Assembly: GCA_951406725.2 (NCBI GenBank)
Contig: OX597814.1
Span: 208,196,001 to 208,260,000 of the forward strand
From: Octopus vulgaris
Lineage: Eukaryota
Direction: 5' to 3'
DNA: 64,000 nucleotides
Positions 1-10,673 of this stretch are shown here, piece by piece (positions within the stretch are counted from its first letter, which is position 1; each line of letters starts with the position of its first letter). The position numbers were made by a program, and so were the translations under genes. The notes below the pieces were generated by a model. It searched no databases. It worked only from the letters and a program-made list of their open reading frames with translations, and was not told where the DNA came from.

Positions 1-84
1 GTGTGTGTGTGTGTGTATCTCGTGTGTACCGTTGGTGATTTTTTTTCCTCTGTCTTCCCTTCTCTGGATCTTTCCTTCTCCTAT

Positions 85-119
85 GTTTCCGACGAAGAGC
101 TCTGCTCGAAACGTTAAAC
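85..119 (+). ncRNA. Minimal Type I hammerhead ribozyme motif (degenerate core), Penelope-like 3' end remnant
   Basis: GTTT-CCGACGA-A-GAGC tct GCTC-GAAAC-GTT-AAAC: helix I GTTT/AAAC, helix II GAGC/GCTC, palindromic AACGTT; core differs from CTGANGA by one base. Confidence 0.65.
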
Positions 120-232
120 CCTCCTTCTTTCCTGAGTGTCCAATAATACTATATTTGTTCCATGTCCTCACCTTGTTGTGTTTTTTTGTGCTTTTTTGTT
201 TGGATTAACTTTACATATATATATATATATAT

Positions 233-543
233 ATGGAATCAAACACTGGTGTTATTCAAATATTTATACTTCCGACATATGTTTCGGAGAAAACATTGGT
301 ATTACTCCAGAAGGAATAAAATGATGTAAAACAAGGCAATCTTCACAACAGCCCTTCATCATATGTGCAGTAATCACATTTAGTTAAAATGTCTTATTGA
401 TGTGTTTTGATTCTCTTTTTTTCCTTGATGAGACGATTGCATTGTTTTACATCATTTTACTCCTTTTGGAATAATACCAATGTTTTCTTCGAAACATATG
501 TCGGAAGTATAAAGATTTGAATTACACCTGCGTTTAATTCCAT
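233..543. repeat. Imperfect inverted repeat, ~115-bp arms (two opposed repeat 3' ends)
   Basis: atggaatcaaacactgg...cttccgacatatgtttcg...ggcaatc mirrors gattgc...cgaaacatatgtcggaag...ttaattccat. Confidence 0.85.
421..506 (+). ncRNA. Type I hammerhead motif with long helix II
   Basis: TTCC-TTGATGA-GA...cattg...caatg...TC-GAAAC-ATAT-GTC-GGAA; helix I TTCC/GGAA, palindrome ACATATGT, GUC triplet; C3 substituted. Confidence 0.6.
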
Positions 544-720
544 TTATTTATTTATGTATGTAATACAAAAACATTTCACTAAACCCTGGAATTTCTACCT
601 TTATAAGTAGGCTGTTACATCCTTGGTACTTATGTGAATTTTTGCTACCATGGGAACTATTTATTTATTTTTCCATGTTATTTGTACACGTTGAAAAAAA
701 TACACACACACACACACACA

Positions 721-1106
721 CTCTTTTACTTGTTTCAGTTATTTGACTGTGGCCATGCTGGAGCACTGCCTTTTGTCGAGCAAATCGACACCAGGACTTA
801 TTCTTTGTCAGCCCAGTACTTATTCTATCGGTCTCTTTTGCCGAACCACTAAGTGACGAGGGTGTAAACACACTAGCATCGGTTGTCAAGCAATGCTAGG
901 GGGACAAACACAGACGCACAAACACACACATATATATATACATATATACGACAGGCTTCTTTCAGTTTCCGTCTACCAAATCCACTCACAAGGCATTGGT
1001 TGGCCCGAAGCTATGACAGAAGACACTTGCCCAAGATGCCACGCAGTGGGACTGAACCCGGAACCATGTGGTTGGTTAGCAAGCTACTTACCACACAGCC
1101 ACTCCT
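721..1106 (-). mobile_element. SINE family A (tRNA-like head, CORE-like cttgggcaagtg, internal TA/TG microsatellite, LINE-like tail)
   Basis: Near-identical to copies at 6256, 17172, 20454, 29028, 40484, 55703, 59533; head aggagtggctgtgtggtaag...ggttcagtccc; tail ...tgactgaaacaagtaaaagag. Confidence 0.9.
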
Positions 1107-1554
1107 AAAAGTAAGAACTTACTGTGGTCAAGGCTGCATGGCATTTGATTACAAATAAATAAAAGGAAAAATACAAATTGTGTACAGGACATCAACAATG
1201 AATCTCTGTAACTTAGTGGTTCAGCAAAAGAGACTTATAGAATAAGTATCAGGCTTATGAAATAAGTGCTAGGTTCTATTCATTTGTCTGTTTCTCTTTG
1301 TCGATTGTTTACTCTGTGCATCCATTCTGTTGTTGCTTGTTTGTTGGAAGCTCTAACTCTCCATGAATTTTATATTTTTAAAATTTCTGGATGCTGCTGT
1401 CTGATGAAGTTCCCTATATTAGGGTTAAAAGCATGAAATAGGAGTAATAAACAGTCCGACAACTGATGAGGAGTTACCTTCTTTTAGTACTCTGTTCTGT
1501 ACTTTTCACTTGTTGGTGATGTCCTGTACACAATGTGTATTTTTCATTTTATTT

Positions 1555-1920
1555 TATATCTGAACGTAGCCGATGCCAGCGCTGCCTAGACTGGCTTCCG
1601 TGCCGGTGGCACGTAAAAAGCACCATCCGAATCGTGGCCGAAGCCAGTGCCGCCTCGACTGGCTTCCGTGCCGGTGGCATGTAAAATGCACCAATCCAAC
1701 CGTGGCCATTGCCAGCCTCGCCTGGCACCTGTGCAGGTGGCACGTAAAAAGCACCCACTACACTCACGGAGTGGTTGGCGTTAGGAAGGGCATCAGGCTG
1801 TAGAAATACTGCCAGATAAGACTGGAGCCTGGTGCAGCCTTCTGGCTTCCCAGATCCCCGGTCGAACCATCCAACCCATGCTAGCATGGAGAACGGACGT
1901 TAAACGATGATGATGATGAT
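1555..1920 (+). mobile_element. Retroposon family B (5' array of ~55-62-bp units, conserved body, (GAT)n tail)
   Basis: Repeated gtgccggtggcacgtaaaaagcacc units, then ggcgttaggaagggcatc...catgctagcatgg...acgttaaacgatgatgat. Confidence 0.85.
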
Positions 1921-2239
1921 GTGTGTGTGTGTGTGTGTGTCTGTGTGTCTGTGCTTGTCCCCGCCATCACTCCTTGACAATTGGCATCGGTGTGTTTGTG
2001 TCTCTGTAACTTAGCAGTTCAGCAAAAGAGACTTATAGAATAAGTACCAGGCTTATATGAAATAAGCGCTGGGGGTCTATTTGTTTGACTAAAACCCTTC
2101 AATGCAGTACTCCAGCATGGCCACAGTGAAATGACTGAAACAAGTAAAAGAATAATGAAGTAAGGCTGTTATATAGAAAATAGTCTGAGTAGCAAAAAAA
2201 TTTAATCAAAATATTTTTTACTACTTTTGTTATCCTCCC

Positions 2240-2765
2240 TCTCTCCCCCTCCCCCTCCCCGCCTCCTCCTCCTCCTTCTCTTCTGTCTCCTTTTCTTTCT
2301 CATTCACCTCCTTCTCCTCTTCTGTCTCCTTTTCATTCTCATTCTCCTCCTCCTTCTCCTCTTCTGTCTCCTTTTCATTCTCATTCTCCTCCTTAATTTC
2401 CTCCTCCTCATCGTCATCATCATCATCATCATCATCATCACTATTGTTGTCATCGTCATCATCGTCATCATCATCATCATCTTCACCACACTCCACCAGC
2501 ACCATCAATGTATTCACTGTCATCACTGTCATCATTGTCATCATCATCATCAGCATCAGCAGCATCAGCAGCATCCCCATCATCATCATCATCATTGCCA
2601 TTGTCATTGCTGTTGCCGTCATCACCGCAGTCAGCACCACCTTGACGATGACAACCACAACTGCAATAACCAGCACAATAACAACCTCACCCCCCACCCT
2701 ACCCCCATCATCATCAGCACTATATATTTGTCAATATATTCTTCTCTATTATCCTCATCATTGTC
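2240..2765. repeat. Low-complexity CTC/TTC and (CAT)n trinucleotide region
   Basis: Simple repeats visible directly; source of spurious poly-L/I/H/E ORFs. Confidence 0.9.
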
Positions 2766-2948
2766 ATGCTATATTGTTGTCATCTACATTAATTGTCTTG
2801 ATGACATCTCTAATTATATAGAGTGTAGAATACTTAATTTTAGGTGGTAAATTAAGATTTAGTCCATTGTCCAGTTTAACTGGATGATTTGTTCCTTGGG
2901 GGCAAAAAACTGGCCTTTAGCAGAGCCCACTGTATTACAAGCAATAGA

Positions 2949-3335
2949 GTGGAGGCGCAATGGCCCAGTGGTTAGGGCAGCGGACTCGCGGTCGTAGGAT
3001 CGCGGTTTCGATTCCCAGATCGGGCGTTGTGAGTGTTTATTGAGCGAAAAACACCTAAAGCTCCACGAGGCTCTGGCAGGGGATGGTGGTGATCCCTGCT
3101 GTACTCTTTCACCACAACTTTCTCTCACTCTTACTTCCTGTTTCTGTTGTACCTGTATTTCAAAGGGCCGGCCTTGTCACTCTCTGTGTCACGCTGAATA
3201 TCCCCGAGAACTACGTTAAGGGTACACGTGTCTGTGGAGTGCTCAGCCACTTACACGTTAATTTCACGAGCAGGCTGTTCCGTTGATCGGATCAACCGGA
3301 ACCCTCGTCGTCGTAACCGACGGAGTGCTTCCACC
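2949..3335 (+). mobile_element. tRNA-derived SINE family C, full length
   Basis: A box TGGCCCAGTGG, B box GTTTCGATTCC; 12-bp TSD acaagcaataga at 2937-2948 and 3336-3347; near-identical to 19073-19455. Confidence 0.92.
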
Positions 3336-3738
3336 ACAAGCAATAGATAATTCCAAAACAAAATTCCAAATAAAAAAATACAATCATTGAATGTAAAGCA
3401 CAACCAAATGAATAAAAAGTATTTCTTTTACCAAATGAAATAATTTTTATTCTAAGGTTGAACTTTTTCATCTACCAATATGTATGCTTCTTGGTGTGTG
3501 TGTGTGTTTGTGTGCACACGCACGTGTGTTTTAATTGAAAGTCCCAAATAAGGCAGAAAGTCACTTAATGCAAGGGACTATGATGGAGAAATTAGATGAA
3601 AGGAATGAATTTACTTTAGATTTCAAAGTATTCTGGTCATATATATACATATATTTATTGGAAGGTTTAGCGATGATGTACAGGTATTTTATATTAGAAG
3701 AAATGAGGTACTCAGAAATTCGGATGGTTTTATATTTA

Positions 3739-4111
3739 CGTGCCGGTGGCACGTAAGAGAACCATCCGAATGTGGCTGTTGCCAGCGCCACCCAGACTGG
3801 CCTCATGCCGGTGGCACGTAAAAAGCACCATCCGTTCGTGTCCGTTGCCAGCCTCGCCTGGCCCCCGTGCCGGTGGCACATAAAAGCAGCATCCGTTCGT
3901 GGCCGTTTGCCAGCTCCGTCTGGCTCCTGTGCAGGTGGCACGTAAAAAGCACCCAGTACACTCGCGGAGTGGTTGGCGTTAGGAAGGGCATCCAGCCGTA
4001 GAAACACTGCCAGATCAGACTGGGCCTGATGAAGCCTTCTGGCTTCACAGACCCCAGTTGAACCGTCCAACCCATGCTAGCATGGAAAACGGACGCTAAA
4101 TGATGATGATG
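3739..4111 (+). mobile_element. Family B copy flanked by an ~88-bp direct duplication
   Basis: Tandem units plus (GAT)n tail; 3651-3739 repeated at 4112-4200. Confidence 0.85.
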
Positions 4112-4362
4112 ATATTTATAGGAAGGTTTAGAGATGATGTACAGGTATTTTATATTAGAAGAAATGAGGTACTCAGAAATTCGGATGGTTTTATATTTAC
4201 AGATATTTATTTGTATATTTCATGTTTTGAAAACCCCACTAGAATGGGAGAAAGCATTAATACATGATCTAAGTCATATGATGTATAAAAACATGAAATA
4301 TACAAATAAATATCTGTAAATATAAAACCATCCGAATTTCTGAGTACCTCATTTCTTCTAAG

Positions 4363-4399
<37 letters not shown>

Positions 4400-4426
4400 T
4401 ATATTTATATATATACATATATATAC

Positions 4427-4477
<51 letters not shown>

Positions 4478-4639
4478 GGAAGGGCATCCAGCTGTAGAAA
4501 CTCTGCCAGATCAGATTGGAGTCTGGTACAGCCATCTGATTAACCAGACCTCAGTCAAATCGTCCAACCCATGCTAGCATGGAAAACGGATGTTAAACGA
4601 TGATGATGATGATGATGATGATGATGACGATGATGATGA

Positions 4640-4676
<37 letters not shown>

Positions 4677-5397
4677 TAGATGAAAAAGTTCAATCTTAGA
4701 AAAAAATTAATTTCATTTGGAAAAAGAAATACTTTTTTATTCATTTGGTTGTGCTTTACATTCGATGATTGTATTTTTTTATTTGGAATTTTGTTTTGGA
4801 ATTATCTATTGCTGCTGCAATAGCAGTGGGATTGGGTTTTGTAGGATTTGTAGAGGTAGGTGGCTTAGTGGTTAGGGTATTGCACCCATGGTTAAAAGCT
4901 TGTGGTTTCGATTCCTAAAGTAAAACACTTTATTTCATGTTACTCCAGGTCATTCAGCCAGCAAACAATAGTAATTCTGTGATGGACCAGTGTCCTGTCC
5001 ATTTGGGGAAATATATATCGCAAAGAATTGGCAAATATATATGCTAAAGAAATCAGCATTATGAGCATGTTATTCAGAAATGAAGTTTGATATTTCAGAA
5101 ATTTCAGAAATTTTGACTGAAACTGTGAGATGCTATAAAACTTGTTATTCTCCTCATTCTGTGATGTCAAGGATAGTGTAATTATGTAACAACAAAATAT
5201 CTTGTTTTTGACGCAGCGCTGGAATACATAATTGCATGAACAAATATTATTATTATTTTTTTTTTTTTTTGTAATAATCGCAATTTATATCCTGCAAACC
5301 ACATTTTTATTTCCTTCTTTCTAAGTACACAAATTTAAAACATCACAACTCTAAGTTCAGTTATTTGCCAATATTTGTTAATCAAAATTAATAACTA

Positions 5398-5789
5398 CTA
5401 GCAGTATCACCCAGCATTGCTTGGGTTTGTTTCGACCCTTTAGAATTGGAATATTTGAAAAGCAAAAATTTTGCATTATGTAGCTTGTTATTCTCTTTAA
5501 GTGAACATTTTTCTGGTTGAAATACACCGAAAAATGGTGACACAGCAGTCAAAAAATCGTAAAAAATAGGGATTTTCATAGAAAAAAAGCACCTTTTTTA
5601 TGTAAATAACTTTTGGTGTTAACATGGTCCAATTTGAATTTTTTCTTCTACGGAAGGAAGAGCAAGCCTTCTTCTATCATACTCTCAATTTTGATCAACT
5701 TGCACCGCAGGTTCTCGGAGGAGATAGTGTTAGTTGAAGGCTGCCAAACCTGCCATACACAGACAACTTCAGATTTATATATAGAGAGA
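5398..5789 (-). mobile_element. Non-autonomous Helitron
   Basis: Minus strand starts TC(tctatatataaa), ends hairpin + CTAG, sits between A and T with no TSD; homologous to 32309 and 34861 copies. Confidence 0.85.
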
Positions 5790-6006
5790 TTAAGTGTTGC
5801 TTGAAAAATATAAAATGTACTGGGAAACTTTTTTTACAAACACAAATGATTTTTGCTATATTTTTGTTGTTAGTAAAGTCTATTGAAAACTTACGAAAGA
5901 TTTTCTTTTTAAAATCGCTATTCTGAGCACAAGCTAGTGATGTTTAAGGTTTTATAAACAAAAGTAAAGTTTCATTTTCTCTTATTGTTCCCACACATAA
6001 CTTTTA

Positions 6007-6643
6007 TCTCTTACTTGTTTCAGTCATTAAGACTGTGGCCATGCTGGGGCACCACCATTGAGAATTTTTTGTTTGAATGAACTGACCCAGTACTTTAAAA
6101 AAATTTTTTTTTTTTTAGGCCTGGTACTTATTCTAATAGTTTCTTTTACCAAAGTGCCAAGTTACAAGGGTGTAAACACACCAACACCGGTTGTCAAGTG
6201 ATGGTGGGGGACAAATACAGATATTAAGACAGACACACATCTCTTTCTATCTATCTCTTTTACTTGTTTCAGTCATTTGACTGCGGCCATGCTGGAGCAC
6301 CGCCTTTACTCGAGCAAACCAACCCCGGGACTTATTCTTTGTAAGCCCAGTACTTATTCTATCGGTCTCTTTTGCCAAACCGCTATGTGACGGTGACGTA
6401 AACACACCAGCATCGGTTGTCAAGCAATGCTAGGGGGACAAACACAGACACACAAACACACAAACATATATGTATACATATATACGACAGGCTTCTTTCA
6501 GTTTCCGTCTACCAAATCCACTCACAAGGCATTGGTCGGCCCGGGGCTATAGCAGAAGACACTTGCCCAAGATGCCACGCAGTGGGACTGATCCCGGAAC
6601 CATGTGGTTGTTTAGCAAGCTACTTACCACACAGCCACTCCTG
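6007..6643 (-). mobile_element. Two adjacent SINE A copies (old partial 6007-6235; full 6256-6643)
   Basis: Sequence match to other family A copies. Confidence 0.85.
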
Positions 6644-8204
6644 CACATAGATATATACATATATAAGATAACATGTACCCAGTGTAAGCTATGGACACAT
6701 AAGAGGTGCAGCAATATCAGAGAAAGGTTAACTGGGAAAATAGTTTTTATGTGTGGCAGATACACGTAAAAGCACCCATTACACTCTTGGAATGGTTGGC
6801 ATTAGGAAGGAAAACCATACCAAATCAGACTGGAGTCTGGTGCAGCCTTCTTGCTTGGCAACCCTAGTCAAACCATCCAACCCATGCCAGCATGGATAAC
6901 AGGCATTAAATGCTGCTGCTGCTGATGATGATATATGATAAGCTTCTTTTTCAGTTTCCATCTACCAAATCCACTCACAAGGCTTTGGTTGGCTTGAAAC
7001 TTGCTCAAGGTGCCACAGGTTAAAGCAATAGCCTTTTCACATTTTTTTTTATCCTCTCTAATCGAAGTTTATATTCCATTGGTTAATATGCTTCTTGCAG
7101 TTAGTTTGGGTTAGTCAATGAGGTGTTAGTTCTCAAGTACCAACACCTCATATTTGTTTTGTTTGTCTCGAGAGAGAGAGAGAGCCTCTTATCAAATAAG
7201 CATTTCCTAATAGATATACAAACTATTTGCGAGTGATTTTGACACTAGTTCTCACCAGCTGTAGGGAAGGTATGAGGAGGGACAAGGTTACTGAAACTAA
7301 GCTCTTGGAATTCTAAATTAGTATCTTCTTTATTCAAACAAGTTACACCTGTGCTGTGTAGCCTATCAAGCTATTTAGACAATACTTTCTAGGACACAAT
7401 ACATTACAAGACACTATAGATGTAGTACAGTAATAATGTATTCATGAACTGAGTAAGTTGTATCCTAGTAATAACAGCAATTGTTAAGTGAAGCTTTGTT
7501 TACAGTAACTGCAGTCTTTATTTTTCTTTTGTTTTGTTTTATTCCTTAAAAGAAGTCAATCTGAATGGATTCAAACTGGATATTAACCACATCAATTTCT
7601 TACCAGTATGGGGAGGCTTGAAGAGCTAATAAGCAGAAATCTGCCTCCTTTACCTTTTTCCCCATTGCCCTTCTTCTCTCCTCCTTCTTTCATTCCCTTT
7701 CTCCTCCTCCTTTCACTACCTCATTAACTTTTCCCAAATAAAAACAACTTTAAAATAAACCATTAGGAAACTTCAAGATAGTCCCTCAACCTATTAAAAT
7801 TAACTAACAACTCTCTCTCTCCTTCTCACTCCCTTTCTCTCTTATGTTCTACAGATCATTAACAATCATGACAGCCCTCATAGTCGTTTAACGAGCATCC
7901 TCCAGACATTCTTTGAAGGTGTGGGTGTAGATAATCACAAAAGGTTGCAAGTTAAAGTTTTCCTTTATGCTTTACTAACTTTAACAAGTTGCGAGCAACG
8001 CTTTCTCAGGGAGCTACAAATGTTTCCCATTAGCAAGAACAGGTCAAGATGGATGTGAATCGTGTTCCCTACTGTGTCCTGGTAACAAATGTTGGAACTT
8101 TGTAGGACACATTTGCTCTCAGTGTTACAATGTAGCAGTGTTTCTTTTAGGGTTTTCTCCCAATTTCCCTCTAACATCTAACACCCTTTAGTCACTGGGA
8201 AATA

Positions 8205-9439
8205 CAGAGTTTGGACAAAATAATGGAAACACCTAGCATCATAGCATCATAATTTTGAAATATCTATAAAACCGTCAAAAGCTTGTTTATTTTTATGTTT
8301 TTTGATATTTATTATTAGTGTTGCTTAAAATCTTTTGCTAAAATTGCTGTTTCTTTTCAGCGCCCTGAAAAAGTGATTAAAATTGGACTTTCAAAGAGGT
8401 CAAATTGTTGGTGCTTGTATGGCAGGCACTAGTGTAACAAAAACAGCCGAAATGTTTGGTATATCAAGAAGTACTGTCTTGAAAGTAATGACAGCCTTTG
8501 AAAAAGAAGGAAAAATCTCCTCGTCAAAACAAAACTCTGGAAGAAAACCAAAACTTTCAGGTAGGGCCCATCGAACTGTATATGAATTGTTAGAAAGGAT
8601 CACAAAAGTACAGCTCCTAAAATTGCTGCAGTGCAGAGTTTAATGACCACCTCGAGAACTCAGTTTCCTCAAAAACTGTTTGCTGGGAGCTGCACAAAGC
8701 CAGATTTCACAGGAGAGCTGCAATCAGAAAACCACTACTTTCAAAAACAAACATAGCAAAGCGTTTAGAGTGGAGTAAAAATCTACAGAATTGGTCCCCA
8801 GAACAGTGGAAAAATGTTATTTTCTTGGACAAGTCATCCTTTACCTTATTTCTGACCACCAGCCGAGTATACGTGTGGAGACAGCCAAAAGAAGCATTTG
8901 ACCCAGATTGCCTTCTTCCTACTGCTAAACATGGAGGAGGATCTGTAATGATCTGAGGGGCTATATCTTGGAAATCCGCTGGCTCAATGGTTTCCTTTCA
9001 TGGCAGAATTAATAGTCAAGACTATTTAAGCATTTTATCTGATCAAATTCATCCTATAGTTGTGGAACTCTTTCCAGGGGGAAATGCAATCTTTCAGGAT
9101 GATAATGCTCCAATTCACACAGCTAAAGTTGTTACTGAATGGCACAAGGAACATTCAAGTGAAGTTGAACATCTTATCTGGCCACCACAGTCCCCAGATC
9201 TCAATATTATTGAACATTTATGGTGTATTTTAGAAAAGCAAGTAAGGAGTTGATATCCTCCACCATCATCACTACAAGAATTGGAGACTGTTTTAGCTGA
9301 AGAATGGACAAAAATTCCTTTGGAAACACTTCAAACTTTGTACGAGTCCATACCTCGTAGAATTCAAGCTGTCCTACCCCATATTAAAATAAATTTGTTT
9401 GAAATTTTAAGGTGTTTCCATTATTTTGTCCAACCCCTG
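8205..9439 (+). mobile_element. Tc1-type DNA transposon with disrupted DD36E transposase
   Basis: ~30-bp TIRs cagagtttggacaaaataatggaaacacct / aggtgtttccattattttgtccaacccctg; TA TSDs; HTH (RGQIVG...GRKPKLS), FLDKS, FQDDNAPIH, WPPQSPDLNIIE; stops and frameshifts. Confidence 0.93.
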
Positions 9440-9721
9440 TAGTTTAACTACTTAAAGCAGGGGTATTTAACTTCACTTTGTCTTAATAAATGAAACATTT
9501 GATACTGTAATCCTCGATACATTGTCTAAAGAAAATAAGCCATTAGGAAACTTCAAGATAATCCCTCAACCTATTAAAATTAACTACCAACTCTCTCTCT
9601 CCCTCTCTCTCCCTTTTTCTCTTACATTCTACAAATCATTAACAATCATGACAGCCCTTATAGTCATTTAACGAGCATCCTCCAGACATTCTTTAAAGGT
9701 GTGGGTGTAGATAATGACAAA

Positions 9722-9905
9722 AGGCTGGTGGTCAGAAATAAGGTAAAGGATGACTTGTCCAAGAAAATAACATTTTTCCACTGCTCTGGGGACCAATTCT
9801 GTAGGTTTTTACTCCACTCTAAACGCTTTGCAATGTTTGTTTTTGAAAGTAGTGGTTTTCTGATTGCAGCTCTCCTGTGAAATCTGGCTTTGTGCAGCTC
9901 CCAGC
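9722..9905 (-). repeat. Inverted copy of an internal Tc1 segment (~8683-8863)
   Basis: Reverse complement match; translates ELHKARFHRRAAIRKPLLSK...VIFLDKSSF. Confidence 0.9.
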
Positions 9906-9972
9906 GAACATAGTTTGATAATAGTTTGAGTGTGTTTTTGAATAAAAGTCTACTTAACTCAAGGCTGTCTAG

Positions 9973-10396
9973 CAGCACTAGATTAACCATTAAACAAAAT
10001 AAGCATGTGCTTAGGGCATCAAGGAAAGTGGGGGGGGGGCACCACAGGATTGATAAATGGTTTACAACACAAAAGAACTCACTTTAAACTCGCTAAAATA
10101 ATATTCAGGATTCCTTATTTCAACTAACTATAGAAGCAGATGTGTTACATAAGATTAATTTTAAGGATCTGATCAAAACTTTTCTAATTAAAAAAAGTAG
10201 GAAAAAAACTTTTCAAATATAAAGTGAAAGTATACAGAAATAAACATTATTTTCCATCTTATTGTTAGTTTTGTTTCATTTCAAAAAATAAAAATTTAGT
10301 TTGGTTTATTATTGTTTATATTTTAAATTACATATGTATGGGGGCATCAAAATCTTTTAAGTGCTTAGGGCCTCTATGGGTCTTAATCCTGTTCTG
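9973..10396 (+). mobile_element. Internally deleted hAT-like element
   Basis: TIR-like cagcactagattaa / ttaatcctgttctg; imperfect 8-bp TSD ctgtctag/ttgtcaag; remnant LTIEADVLHKINFKDLIKTF resembles a hAT C-terminus. Confidence 0.55.
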
Positions 10397-10673
10397 TTGT
10401 CAAGTACTAAACAATAACAATAACAGCACAAAATAATTATAAAGAAGGCAGGTGATGCCCATGAGGGTGCTTAACTGTTCCAACACCTTAGCCTCGCCAT
10501 CATGTTGGATTACTTCAGTAGGTTCTGTTCAACCTTGTGGTGTGCGACCAATTGATGCACTTAGTGTTGCATTGATGATTTTTTTTCTTCTTTCTTCTTT
10601 TTTTTTTGTTTCTTTCTTCACTCATGTTTGTGTTTTCTTCAGTTTTGGATTTGAAATTTTCATATTTAAATTA

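Noticed and set aside
883-1158. Recurrent MSSNARGTN... and MDGSTGV... ORFs
   Set aside because: Antisense readings of SINE A and family B copies
1165-1546. CTGATGA at ~1401 within a ~38-bp inverted repeat pair as a hammerhead
   Set aside because: Helices II and III could not be paired convincingly; at most a decayed remnant
2227-2850. Poly-His/Glu/Ile ORFs, likewise at 13.4-14.2, 24.6-26.2, 27.2-27.9, 31.5-32.2, 44.9, 48.1 and 56.2 kb
   Set aside because: Simple-repeat translations open in several frames
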